The position numbers were made by a program, and so were the translations under genes. A stretch of DNA of 54,437 nucleotides from Candidatus Caldarchaeum sp. (GTDB lineage Archaea > Thermoproteota > Nitrososphaeria_A > Caldarchaeales > Caldarchaeaceae): contig JAWBRA010000012.1 of assembly GCA_038844785.1 (NCBI GenBank), positions 1 to 54,437 of the forward strand, read 5' to 3'. Positions 18,320 through 28,115 of this stretch are shown here, one piece after another. How positions within the stretch are numbered: the stretch's first letter is position 1; every line of letters starts with the position of its first letter. The notes beneath the pieces were generated by a model that did no database searches, had not been told where the DNA came from, and worked only from the letters and a program-made list of their open reading frames with translations.

Positions 18320-18844
18320 TCAATTCCCGTAGGCACTTCTTGTTGTGGTCGTCGTTACGGTTACCGTGGTGGTCATAGTAGTTGTTGTCGTGGTGTATGT
18401 AGTCGTCCAGCTCTCCGTCCTGAAAGTTGTGGTTGTTGTGGTGGTTGTTGTCGTGGGTAACGTTGTTGTCACAGTTGTTGAAAAAACGTTTGTCGTTGTC
18501 GTAGTTGTAGCCCTGTAGGTCGTAACCCAAACCGTGTATCTTGTGGTTGTTGTTGTAAACACAGTCTTGGTAGTGGTTATCGTTGTAGCCCTTGTGGTGG
18601 TTCCGCCGGTCGTAGTGGTTGTTGTTCTTTTAATAAACGTGCTGGTTGTAGTTACTGTAGATGTAGTGGTGGATGTTTTGGTCTCAGTAACCCACGTTGT
18701 CGTTGTGGTAGTGGTGGTGACGGTCGTTGTGGTTGTTCGATATGTCTGTCCAACAGCAGCCGACAACAACCCTATCGTAAATATAACCGCCAGAACAAGT
18801 GAAACAGCTAGGCTACGGTTGTTCACTCCCTTCTCACCATCCAA
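18320..18844 (-). CDS. Secreted Thr-rich mucin-like protein
   Basis: Signal/TM helix followed by ~140 aa dominated by Thr runs. Confidence 0.75.
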   Translation of the reverse strand: MDGEKGVNNRSLAVSLVLAVIFTIGLLSAAVGQTYRTTTTTVTTTTTTTTWVTETKTSTTTSTVTTTSTFIKRTTTTTTGGTTTRATTITTTKTVFTTTTTRYTVWVTTYRATTTTTTNVFSTTVTTTLPTTTTTTTTTTFRTESWTTTYTTTTTTMTTTVTVTTTTTRSAYGN

Positions 18845-20535
18845 TACCTAAACCACCTCCAAAACGGATAGATAAGAGCCGAGCTGGACAAAAGGTAGTA
18901 GATGAGCCAGGTTGGATGGCTGAACCATCTGTCGGATGCTATCAACATCTGCATGTTTCCCCCGCTTCCACCCGTCACTGTAGTCGTTGTCGTAGTAGTT
19001 ACGGTAGTTGTTTGAGTAAGTATGCTTGTAGAAGTCGACGTCGTCGTCCTTGTGGTGGTATAGCTGGTCTGTGTACTAGTCTGTGTTAATGTAATCGTAG
19101 GGCTGTAGGAGGTGCTGACGAATGTTGTTGTAGTACTGCGTGTAATGGTAGATGTGTATGTAAAGCTTGTGGTGGTTCTGGTTACTGATAAAGTGGCTGT
19201 AGAGCTGGTTACTGTGGCTGTTCTCGTGATAGTGCGGGTCGTGGTTACCGTGGTTGTAGGTATAGTCCTCGTCGACGTGGTCGTTGTTGTTGTGGTTGTT
19301 GTCTCAGTCGTTGTTACCGTAGTTAACACTGTGGTGGTCGTGGTTGAAGTGACCGTAGAGGTTTGTGTGACCGTTGCTGTAACAGTAACAACAGGCGTCA
19401 AGTCGACAGACCTCACTCTGATAAAACCTATGTCAAAGATGTTAACAGGCGGGCTCAGCACGATGCTGTATTGCTCAAAATAACCAGCCAACGACCCGAC
19501 CGTAACGTTAACAGCAAGACGGCCGGATGAGATGAGAACACCCCTACAATCATATATTTCGACAATAAACTCGTACAGCCCGTTCTCGTAAAAGCCTGAG
19601 GAAAGTATAACCTCATCCAGCCTGTACCTTGTCAAATCTATGCGTAGTTTAGTGTAGTCTATGTAGTTGCCGAAACTGTTGGGAAACTGCCAGTCAACGG
19701 GTACGACGGCAAGCCCCGGCGTTGCTGAAACAATCCTGACGTTCAAAGGCTGAGCCAGTCCACCTGTGTCGAGCTGGACATAAACTTCCTGTGGAAGAGG
19801 ACCGGTCACGCTTATAAAGCCTGTGGCCTCTACGCCATTACCATCATTGACAAAAACGTTAAAGTCGTATGAAGGGAGAACAGCGCTGGCGTTCAAAACT
19901 CTGATCTTTACAAAGTCTGTGGTTTGTCCATATATGTTGTCCTCTTTGGGGTCTACCAGCTCTACTATAACCCAGTTATCGGCATTCAAACTGCATGCAG
20001 CTCCCGAGCTGACTATGGATGGTTTAGCTTCGAAGCTTGCGATTTTAAACAATATAACTCCTGAGTCGTGCTTGCTCAGCTCCGGGTTGGATGGGTTGAA
20101 TAAAGACTCTGGGATGTAGTGGACTTGGACAGTAATGGGGTCTCCTTCTCGGCAGACATCCGCAGGACAGCTGAAATAAATCTCTCTAAATTCGTCAGGC
20201 CGGATTCTTGCCAGCTCTGTTATCCCCGTGTCCGAAACTATTGACCCATTATTGATCGTTAGCATTCTGAAAACAACTACAGGCTCTCTCCCAACGTTTC
20301 TGACCGAGATCACGCCCCTGCCTAAGCCATAGACCCTGTCAGGGTAGAATACGTAGTCAGCGCCGATGTTAGACCTTAGGACCATGGCTTGGTCTCCTAG
20401 CCGCCTCACCTCCTCGTTTCTAGTTACACCGGTATAGCTGTTGAGTAGAGACCATAAACCAATTCCGACAACTAATATAACCGATGTCACTATGACAATG
20501 CCAATAGCATCGCTGAGACCCTTGTTAAGCTTCAT
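18823..20535 (-). CDS. Pilin-like protein with Thr-rich stalk and C-terminal hydrophobic anchor
   Basis: Class III signal NKG|LSDAIGIVIV, globular domains, ~140-aa Thr-rich region, terminal WLIYYLLSSSALIYPFWRW with basic tail. Confidence 0.8.
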   Translation of the reverse strand: MKLNKGLSDAIGIVIVTSVILVVGIGLWSLLNSYTGVTRNEEVRRLGDQAMVLRSNIGADYVFYPDRVYGLGRGVISVRNVGREPVVVFRMLTINNGSIVSDTGITELARIRPDEFREIYFSCPADVCREGDPITVQVHYIPESLFNPSNPELSKHDSGVILFKIASFEAKPSIVSSGAACSLNADNWVIVELVDPKEDNIYGQTTDFVKIRVLNASAVLPSYDFNVFVNDGNGVEATGFISVTGPLPQEVYVQLDTGGLAQPLNVRIVSATPGLAVVPVDWQFPNSFGNYIDYTKLRIDLTRYRLDEVILSSGFYENGLYEFIVEIYDCRGVLISSGRLAVNVTVGSLAGYFEQYSIVLSPPVNIFDIGFIRVRSVDLTPVVTVTATVTQTSTVTSTTTTTVLTTVTTTETTTTTTTTTSTRTIPTTTVTTTRTITRTATVTSSTATLSVTRTTTSFTYTSTITRSTTTTFVSTSYSPTITLTQTSTQTSYTTTRTTTSTSTSILTQTTTVTTTTTTTVTGGSGGNMQMLIASDRWFSHPTWLIYYLLSSSALIYPFWRWFRYWMVRRE

Positions 20536-21731
20536 GCCTCACTCACTCTCACCACGACCTTGAACACATCATCCATTCTGACAGGCGGGGAGACGTCGAA
20601 AAATACCGAATCGTTGAAAATTCCAGCCGGTATCGCTACTGTGTTGCTTTTGGTGTAAAGCATGACACCGTTGCAGTCGTAGAGGCTTAGTGTGATGGTG
20701 AATTTTCCACCGGTTAAGTCATTTACTCCCAGCTCAACCTGAACAACATCAACTATTCTTGTGTTTGTTGCGGTGTCAACGGACCACCAAAGCTGAACTC
20801 CTGAAGCGTGGGCTCTAAAAGGAACACCTCCCAAGAACCATTCCCTCTGCACAACTTCAAACCCGCTTGCTGAGACTGTTATGTTGAGGGGGACCTGAAA
20901 GTTTGCCAGTGTTCCTCTCAGCTCATGGATAGTGTTACTAATGCTGGGTACAGTCGCAGAAGCTCCACCCACCTCACCCGTAGCATTCAAGACAGCAATG
21001 TTAATTAACACCTCTTCAGAATGCGAGGCAAAAGGCATTCTTATGAACAGTTTGTCGTTAGGGCTCGGAGGAATCTTTCCCGAATCCGTGTAGGTTATTG
21101 GGTCCATTATGTCTACCATCAGCCACTTAGTCCCTTCAGGAATAGCACACGCCGACGGAGGAGGGTTCCCAGGATATACAAATATCGTTTCAGCATACTT
21201 CATCTCATCCACTGAGAGTAGGGGGTTTGCCTCGTTGAAAAGCCCCGAAGCAACAAACCAGACCCTGAACCTGAGCTTGTCGCCGCCGCGGCAAAGATTG
21301 CACAGCGGGATCACCGTCTCATCTAGCGTCGCATTCGCTCCCGGCAATACCTTAGTCAAGTTGCTGTAGCCGGTTGCTGGGTAGTAAGCCATAACACGTC
21401 CGTCGGGTGTAACTATTTCAAGTCTAGTCAAAGTAACGGGCACGCTGGCTATGTTTCTTAAAATCGCGCTCCGCCCAGCAGAGGTATAGTTCAAAAGCTC
21501 AAACGACAGCTGAGCTGTTGTTTTAACCTGCAGGACAGCCCTGTTCAGGCTGTTTGTTAGGTCGCCGAGGGATGTCCCGAACCATCCAAGTGCAAAACCC
21601 CAGATAAAAAACCCTAAGGCAACTGTGAGCGATGCGAGAATAATAACACCGATACTAGTGTCAGCCCGCTTCAACCTCCTCCTAGCACATTTGGAAACCT
21701 TCCTAGGAGTTGCTGAAGCTTCGTAATTCAA
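20532..21731 (-). CDS. Pilin-like protein, paralogue of 18823-20535
   Basis: KRA|DTSIGVIILASLTVALG signal; shared motifs RN+..PV...R+, C..C..GD, W+.V++.DP, YDC.GV. Confidence 0.75.
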   Translation of the reverse strand: MNYEASATPRKVSKCARRRLKRADTSIGVIILASLTVALGFFIWGFALGWFGTSLGDLTNSLNRAVLQVKTTAQLSFELLNYTSAGRSAILRNIASVPVTLTRLEIVTPDGRVMAYYPATGYSNLTKVLPGANATLDETVIPLCNLCRGGDKLRFRVWFVASGLFNEANPLLSVDEMKYAETIFVYPGNPPPSACAIPEGTKWLMVDIMDPITYTDSGKIPPSPNDKLFIRMPFASHSEEVLINIAVLNATGEVGGASATVPSISNTIHELRGTLANFQVPLNITVSASGFEVVQREWFLGGVPFRAHASGVQLWWSVDTATNTRIVDVVQVELGVNDLTGGKFTITLSLYDCNGVMLYTKSNTVAIPAGIFNDSVFFDVSPPVRMDDVFKVVVRVSEA

Positions 21732-21877
21732 CCCTAACCTGTATGATGAGGCCTTGTTGGATATAAGGCTTTAAGGTTTCAAATATTGGAATGGTTTATG
21801 CAATCGACGTTTCTGCGCGTAAGGAGGCTCACAAACCTGCTTTGGCCAAACACGTTACCACGACGTTGCCCGAAAGC

Positions 21878-23296
21878 TTAGACGATGGTCTTTGGCTGGG
21901 ATGTTCCTAACTTTGTCATCGCATGGTGAGCTATTCTCAAAATTGTTGCCTCGTCGAAAAGTCTTCCAGCGACCTGTACTCCCACAGGAAGCCCTTCTGG
22001 TGAAAGGCCTACCGGGATTGAAACGGCAGGCAAGCCTGCTAAGTTGTAGAGTATTGTTTGACTTGTTAGAGCCGTTTGGATGTCCGTTTTTTCGCCGTTG
22101 ATTTCCACCGTTGTCACTCCTGTTTTGACGGCCGTTATCGGTGTGGTGGGCGAGATGACCGCATTGTAGTTGTCGAGTATTTTCAGGAATGCGTTTTTTA
22201 TTTCTGCATGTTTTTTCAACGCTTTTATGTAGTGGATGGCTGTGAAGCTTCTGCCTCTTCGCAGCATCTCCAAAACATCAGCACCATACTCTTTCTCACG
22301 TGTTATGAACAAGTTGTCGTGGAAGGCCGCTGCCTCGGAAAGCACTATCGTGGTCCAGCAATCCCCAGCCAACGCCTTGTTGAGTTCAACTTCCTCAACG
22401 ATGATGCCTAGGCTTTCCAACGTTCCGACGAATCCTCTAAACTTGTTCATGACGTCTCGGCTGACCGGCCCCATTTCACTCAACATGCAGGCCTTCAGCC
22501 CCTCAACATCCCTTTCAAGGGCGGCTGGATAGTCGTGGACCTCAACATACACGCATGACTCGTCTTCAGGGTCAAAGCCAGCCAACAGCTTTAATACTAT
22601 AGCCGCATCTTTAACAGTCCTAGCTAGTATCCCGACATGGTCGAGGCTCCAGCTTAGGGGGATTATCCCATGCTTGCTCACCCGGCCGTATGTCGGCTTC
22701 AAGCCAACCACGCCGCAGAGCGAGGCGGGAATCCTTACCGAGCCGCCTGTATCGGTTCCAAGCGAAACAACTGCTTGGCCTGCTGCAACGGCGGCTGCGG
22801 AGCCTCCGCTCGATCCTCCAGCCAGGTATTCGGTGTTCCAGGGATTGCGGACTGGGCCGTAGTGCGTGTTTACGCCGGTGAAACCCATCGCGAACTCATC
22901 CATGTTGTTTGTTCCAACTATGATGGCTCCAGCCTCCTTGAGTCTTTTCGTCACCGTTGCATCGTATTCTGCAACATTCTCAGCCAGTATCTTGGAGCCT
23001 GCAGTACATCTAACCCCTTGGATGTGTATTGAATCTGTCAGCGAGACAGGTATCCCATGAAGCGGTCCTCTGTATCTGCCTGCTTTTATCTCCTTCTCAG
23101 CTTCAGCCGCCTTCTCAAGAGCCTGTTCTTTCAAAACTGTTATGAAAGAGTTGTAGATTGGGTTTGTTTTTACAATTCTCTCAATCATGCTGCTGACAAG
23201 CTCTGTCGGCGTCAAAGCGCCTGACTGGATTTCACCAGCCAAACCAGCTAGCGTCATGCTGTCGTGTTTCAAGCATGCTAGAGCATTTGAGCTCAT
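21878..23296 (-). CDS. Amidase-signature family protein (GatA-like)
   Basis: GPLHGIP, GGSSGGSAAAVAAG, GTDTGGSVRIPA, GLKPTYGRVS. Confidence 0.9.
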   Translation of the reverse strand: MSSNALACLKHDSMTLAGLAGEIQSGALTPTELVSSMIERIVKTNPIYNSFITVLKEQALEKAAEAEKEIKAGRYRGPLHGIPVSLTDSIHIQGVRCTAGSKILAENVAEYDATVTKRLKEAGAIIVGTNNMDEFAMGFTGVNTHYGPVRNPWNTEYLAGGSSGGSAAAVAAGQAVVSLGTDTGGSVRIPASLCGVVGLKPTYGRVSKHGIIPLSWSLDHVGILARTVKDAAIVLKLLAGFDPEDESCVYVEVHDYPAALERDVEGLKACMLSEMGPVSRDVMNKFRGFVGTLESLGIIVEEVELNKALAGDCWTTIVLSEAAAFHDNLFITREKEYGADVLEMLRRGRSFTAIHYIKALKKHAEIKNAFLKILDNYNAVISPTTPITAVKTGVTTVEINGEKTDIQTALTSQTILYNLAGLPAVSIPVGLSPEGLPVGVQVAGRLFDEATILRIAHHAMTKLGTSQPKTIV

Positions 23297-23348
23297 AATT
23301 TAGATGTTGCAGTTTCTAGCTTCTCTTTAAATTAAGGCTCAAGCTTTT

Positions 23349-23606
23349 GTGCTTGGTTTGGAAGCCAAGTATTTCGTGGAGGTGAAGGTTGCTGACAAGG
23401 CTTTGAAAGCCGAGCCGGAAGCCCTCGAAGCTGTTAAGGGGGTTATCAAAGGTAGGATGCTGGCGAGGATGAAGAAAGAATATGTCGAATGTCCTTTGGA
23501 GGGTTCGAAGGTTGCCTTCCTAAGCTGTTTCGTATGCGTCAGCCATATAAGAAGGGTTAGAGGTGTAGTCCACTGCGCAGGTATCGAAAGAAAGGTGAGA
23601 ACATGA
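23349..23606 (+). CDS. Small Cys-rich hypothetical protein
   Basis: ECP...CFVC..H..RVRG.VHC, probably metal-binding; overlaps the next gene by 4 nt. Confidence 0.7.
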   Translation: MLGLEAKYFVEVKVADKALKAEPEALEAVKGVIKGRMLARMKKEYVECPLEGSKVAFLSCFVCVSHIRRVRGVVHCAGIERKVRT

Positions 23607-23848
23607 GACGTTCACCGCTTCTCTTCTCAGGAACCATAGTGTTTTTGTTCGGGGTTTTCATGATCGCCGCAGGCCTACCTTTCTCATACATTTTTGTCTT
23701 CTCTGGCCTGATCATGGTTTTGCTGGGTTTTTTCCTAGCGCCGCCTCCCTCGGTAGAGCCTGAGGCGGGGAAAAAGTTTTGCTGGTACTGCTACGAGCAA
23801 ATACCGGCTGAGGCTGGTATCTGTCCATACTGCAAGCTCAAACAGTAG
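23603..23848 (+). CDS. Two-TM protein with C-terminal zinc ribbon
   Basis: KFCWYC...ICPYC. Confidence 0.75.
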   Translation: MRRSPLLFSGTIVFLFGVFMIAAGLPFSYIFVFSGLIMVLLGFFLAPPPSVEPEAGKKFCWYCYEQIPAEAGICPYCKLKQ

Positions 23849-23855
23849 CTGGCCG

Positions 23856-26372
23856 TCATGTCTGAATGACTCTAACTTTTTCACCTGTGTAGAACGCTTT
23901 CACTAATGCCTTGCCGTGCTCGGATTTCTTACGGACTGTTACAACGCCGTCTCTTCCGACGGTTGCTGAAAACAGGTATTTGTCGCCTGCGTAGATGTTG
24001 ACACGCTTGCCCGCATTTTCGCCTCCAACGAATATTCGCAAGCTGTTACCGCTCTCCCTAACCTCGCATGGAAGCTCGCTGCCTAGGCTCATTATCTTTG
24101 GCTCTATGTCGAGAGAAACACCCAGCTCCTCCTCCAGCCTGCTTACCGTCTCTCCTTTCCGGCCGATTATCCGTGGCAAAACCTCCCTGCTAACCCTGGC
24201 TAAAACCTTGTTTCTGCTGAGGGCCTTAACCTCAACATCTTCGTCAAACCTCTTCAAAACATCTCTCACCTTCTTCTCCAGCTCCTCAAGGCTTTTTCTC
24301 AGCTCTTCGGAGGCTTTCCCCACAGGGATTATGACATTTTCCTCCCCGTATGTGTATATCTCATATTCAAGCTCTCCGGTTGTGAAATCCCTCACCTCAA
24401 CCAGCGGCCTGGCTAGGTCGGCTTCCGTCATTCCTGTTGGGACTCTTACGACGAGCGAGAGGGTGTAGACCTTGGCTATGCGGCCTGCCTCCAGAAAGAC
24501 GACAGTGTCGATTATGTGAGGTATCATTCCTAGCTCGACGCGGCCTATGAACCTTTGTATCGCTCCGACAGCGTTACTTGAATGTACAACCCCTATCATC
24601 CCCACTCCAGCTAAACGCATGTCGCTAAAGATCTGAAAATCCTTGCTTTTCCTGATCTCGTCAAAGACTGTGTAATCAGGCCTGACTAGGAGAAGTATTT
24701 CAGCCGTCTTCTCGAAATCTCCTTCCAACGGTCCATACTGTGTTATCTCGGGTCCGACTTGAAGGTCTCGGGGAGACTCTAACGTCTTCACTATTCTGCC
24801 TTTTCTGCTGTAGAACTCGGCTAGGCTTGCTGCGAAGGTTGACTTCCCGCTCCCGGGAGGGCCGGCTATCAGTATTCCCTCGGCACGTTTCTCAAACCTC
24901 TCCATGAGAGAGGGGGGTAGCTTGTAGTCTTCCAGCTTAAGCTTAACTATTGGTCTGACGATAGTTATCTCCAGCCCGTCGCTGAAAGGAGGTCTTGCAA
25001 CCGCTATCCTGTAGTTTCCTATTTGAGCGACAAACGCCCCGCTTCTGACTATCTCAATACTTCCCTCCGGCTTAAGCCTGGCGTGTTCTGTTATCTCCCT
25101 GATAAGGTTGTTCAGCTCAGAAGCCTCGAGAGGCCTGTCCTCTAAGACGACCAGCTGGAAGTTTCCCGGCCTACCTCTTTTAGCCATCAGCGGCGCCCCT
25201 TCTTTGAAATGTAGGCTTAACGTGTCGTCTGTGAAATATTGTTCGAAGGACATTTTGGCGGGGAGCTCGCTCGGCGGAAAATATCTCACGGCAACTCCCT
25301 CAGTCTCGGCCACCAGTGCCTGAACGTAGTCGGACGTGTACAGTGTTGCGTTTTCTTTCCTAGCAACCTCCCTTATCAACGCATCTATCCGGCCTTTTCT
25401 GGCTAGCCTTATGTCCTCAAGGCTTGGCCTCTCTCCTGAAAACTTCAGCGATATACGATGAGACTCTGCTATGCTTCTGATTTTTTTCAGCTCGTTGAGG
25501 CCTATGAAGCCTGGCTCGCGTTTCTGGGAGGCTTGGGCCTGAAGCTCATCTATCACCGCGACGGGGATTATCAGCTCGGCACCGTCAAGCTCTCCCGACT
25601 CGACCAGCTGTTTAACTGTGCCGTTTATGATCGCTGACGTGTCCGGCACGATTTTTAGGGTTTTCCTGTCGTCTATGTCAACGCCTAGATGGTTGAGAAG
25701 CTCGATGGGATGGGACGCTATTTCCTTAACTCCGGCGGCGGCCATCTCGGCTCGACTATGTACACCTCCTTCAAGCCCTATGAAACGGGCTCCAGCTTCC
25801 ACAGCTGCCCTGTAGTCGTTGACGCTGTCCCCTATGTAGATGAGGTTTGAAGGCGATGTGTTTGTTTTTTCACAAACTTTTAACAGGATGTCTGGCCTCG
25901 GCTTCATCCTCGAAACATCATTCCGGCAAACAACTTCGTCGAAAAAATACGTCAAGCCTGTTTTGGTGAGGGCTTCGACCGCTGCCTCCCGGTGTGTGTT
26001 GGTTGCAACGGCCAGACGATAGCCCTGCCGCCTCAGCTTCTTCAACACATCTACTATTTCGTCACGGACTTTCGCGGTGGCTGCTGCCTTCCTCTCGTTC
26101 TCAACCATCACACCGAAGACCTGACTTCTAAACTCTTCGAACCTCTCCTTGGCCAGCGTTTGTTCCGCTCTCTCAAGCAACTCCTGTATCGATTCCCTTT
26201 CAAGCATTCTTAGGCCGAAGGAGTCCGCTATCTCTGCAATCTTTTTCCGCGCGTTCAAGAGGTCTAGGTTTAGCTCTAGTATCGTGCCGTCGAGGTCGAA
26301 TACCACGATTGACGAACTGTTTGGCTCGCCGTTCAGAGCGCCGCCACCAATAACTAACCATAATAAGTGCAT
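23856..26372 (-). CDS. HAD phosphatase-PIN-ATPase-KH fusion (PINA family)
   Basis: HAD motifs FDLDGT, ATN, KPRPD, GDSVND; PIN VPDTS; ATPase GPPGSGKST and RPDYTVFDE; KH IIGRKGETV. Exact start uncertain. Confidence 0.9.
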   Translation of the reverse strand: MHLLWLVIGGGALNGEPNSSSIVVFDLDGTILELNLDLLNARKKIAEIADSFGLRMLERESIQELLERAEQTLAKERFEEFRSQVFGVMVENERKAAATAKVRDEIVDVLKKLRRQGYRLAVATNTHREAAVEALTKTGLTYFFDEVVCRNDVSRMKPRPDILLKVCEKTNTSPSNLIYIGDSVNDYRAAVEAGARFIGLEGGVHSRAEMAAAGVKEIASHPIELLNHLGVDIDDRKTLKIVPDTSAIINGTVKQLVESGELDGAELIIPVAVIDELQAQASQKREPGFIGLNELKKIRSIAESHRISLKFSGERPSLEDIRLARKGRIDALIREVARKENATLYTSDYVQALVAETEGVAVRYFPPSELPAKMSFEQYFTDDTLSLHFKEGAPLMAKRGRPGNFQLVVLEDRPLEASELNNLIREITEHARLKPEGSIEIVRSGAFVAQIGNYRIAVARPPFSDGLEITIVRPIVKLKLEDYKLPPSLMERFEKRAEGILIAGPPGSGKSTFAASLAEFYSRKGRIVKTLESPRDLQVGPEITQYGPLEGDFEKTAEILLLVRPDYTVFDEIRKSKDFQIFSDMRLAGVGMIGVVHSSNAVGAIQRFIGRVELGMIPHIIDTVVFLEAGRIAKVYTLSLVVRVPTGMTEADLARPLVEVRDFTTGELEYEIYTYGEENVIIPVGKASEELRKSLEELEKKVRDVLKRFDEDVEVKALSRNKVLARVSREVLPRIIGRKGETVSRLEEELGVSLDIEPKIMSLGSELPCEVRESGNSLRIFVGGENAGKRVNIYAGDKYLFSATVGRDGVVTVRKKSEHGKALVKAFYTGEKVRVIQT

Positions 26373-26389
26373 GATAAACTTGTTTTAAC

Positions 26390-27574
26390 GTGAGAGAGGT
26401 AGCAATAGTTGGTGTCGGGCAGTCTAGGTTTGGGCGGATCCCTGAAATGACTCTTACCGAGCTTGCGTGGCAGGCTGTCAAACAAGCTTTGAATGATGCA
26501 GGTTTAACTCAGAAAGACATCCAAATGGTTTCTATGTCAAACGTTGGGGGCTGGAGTTCGGAGCCCCTGCCAGCCATCGCCGTCAACGAATACTCTGGCC
26601 TGACGGGAGTCGGAACATACAGGGTTGAGGCAGCCTGTGCTTCGGGGTCGGCAGCCTTGACAACGGCTTACGGCATGGTTGCGTCGGGGGCTGTGGACAT
26701 CGCCCTAGCGGTCGGCGTGGAGAAGATGACGGAGGTGCCTACGCCTACGGCCGTTGAGCTTATAGGCCGGGCTGGAAACTATTTCTGGGAGTTTAGCCAG
26801 TTCGGCCTGACTTTCCCAGGCTACTACGCGCTTTACGCAACGGCGTACATGAATGAGTACGGGGCCGCTGAAGCTGACCTGGCCGCTGTAGCGGTCAAGA
26901 ACCATTATTACGCGTCTTTTAACGAATTGGCCGCTTTCCAGAGGAAAATAACAGTAGAGGATGTGTTGAAGAGTAGGTATGTGGCATGGCCTTTGAAGCT
27001 TTATGACTGCAGCCCTATCACTGATGGCGCAGCGGCGGTGGTTCTGGCTTCGGCCGATGTTGCAAAGAAGCTTACCGACACACCTGTCTGGATAAGAGGG
27101 ATAGGATACAGCTCGGACACATCCAACCTGAGCAAAAGACCCAACTTCCTAAACCTTGCCGCAGCAAGAAAAGCCGCTGAAGAAGCCTACAGAAAAGCTG
27201 GGATAGACCCATCCAAGCCTGTGAAACAACTGGATGTCGCCGAGGTCCATGACTGTTTCACGATAGCTGAAGTAATAGCCTACGAGGACCTAGGCTTCGC
27301 AAAGTATGGGACAGGGTTTATGCTTGCACGTGAGGGCGAGACCTACAAAGGTGGGTTGATTGCTGTAAACCTTGACGGCGGGCTTAAGGCGAAGGGCCAT
27401 CCGATAGGCGCTACAGGAATCAGCATGGCTGCAGAGATAACAAAACAGCTTAGGCAGCAGGTCCGTCGGGATAGGCAGGCAGATATCTCAAAAGGCTATG
27501 GACTCGCACATAACGTGGGTGGGACAGGACATTACGCTTACGTCACAGTCTACTCCCTCCACCGGACAGGGTGA
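26390..27574 (+). CDS. Acetyl-CoA acetyltransferase (archaeal SCP-x-type thiolase)
   Basis: EAACASG, DCSPITDGAAA, EVHDCF, KGHPIGATG, HNVGG. Confidence 0.93.
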   Translation: MREVAIVGVGQSRFGRIPEMTLTELAWQAVKQALNDAGLTQKDIQMVSMSNVGGWSSEPLPAIAVNEYSGLTGVGTYRVEAACASGSAALTTAYGMVASGAVDIALAVGVEKMTEVPTPTAVELIGRAGNYFWEFSQFGLTFPGYYALYATAYMNEYGAAEADLAAVAVKNHYYASFNELAAFQRKITVEDVLKSRYVAWPLKLYDCSPITDGAAAVVLASADVAKKLTDTPVWIRGIGYSSDTSNLSKRPNFLNLAAARKAAEEAYRKAGIDPSKPVKQLDVAEVHDCFTIAEVIAYEDLGFAKYGTGFMLAREGETYKGGLIAVNLDGGLKAKGHPIGATGISMAAEITKQLRQQVRRDRQADISKGYGLAHNVGGTGHYAYVTVYSLHRTG

Positions 27575-27578
27575 GAAG

Positions 27579-28115
27579 ATGAGTATCTCACGTGAGGAGC
27601 TTGAGAAAATGGTGAAGACTTGGCTTGAAACAGTAGAGCAGATAACCCGTAGCGAGGGTCTTCCAGTCATTCCAGACGAGAAGACAGGCGACCCGCTATG
27701 GGTTGACGTGAGAGAACTGAGGCTAAAATATCTTCTCCCCATCAAGAAGGTGAAAAAATTTTTCGACGGTTTGAAGGAGGGAAAAATCTATGCAACCCGC
27801 TGCCCTGTGAAAAACATCTACTACTTCCCACCTCAAACGGATTGTCCTGCATGCATGGACGAGAACGTTGAATGGGTTGAGGTTGGTGGAAGAGGGCATC
27901 TGCTAACATACACTGTGATAAACGTCAGGCCAGTCAGCTACATGCATTACCCAGACTACGTTGTGGCTATCGCCAGGATGGAAGAAGGTTTTAACATCCT
28001 CTGCTGGATGTCTGTAGAAGACCCAAAACAGCTTAAAGTCGGCATGCCCGTCAGGCTTGTGGTCAAAAGGAGAGAGCCTGAAGGTTTTCTGACCTACTAC
28101 TTGGAGCCAGCTTAA
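27579..28115 (+). CDS. DUF35 zinc-ribbon/OB-fold thiolase partner
   Basis: RCP...YFPP..DCPAC, G.LLTYTVI, LKVGMPV; ATG at 27579 just after the thiolase stop. Confidence 0.9.
   Translation: MSISREELEKMVKTWLETVEQITRSEGLPVIPDEKTGDPLWVDVRELRLKYLLPIKKVKKFFDGLKEGKIYATRCPVKNIYYFPPQTDCPACMDENVEWVEVGGRGHLLTYTVINVRPVSYMHYPDYVVAIARMEEGFNILCWMSVEDPKQLKVGMPVRLVVKRREPEGFLTYYLEPA

Noticed and set aside
18340-19400. Tandem repeat or CRISPR array in the GTN-rich tracts; Val-rich + strand ORFs
   Set aside because: These are antisense shadows of Thr codons (ACN); there is no fixed repeat-spacer periodicity.
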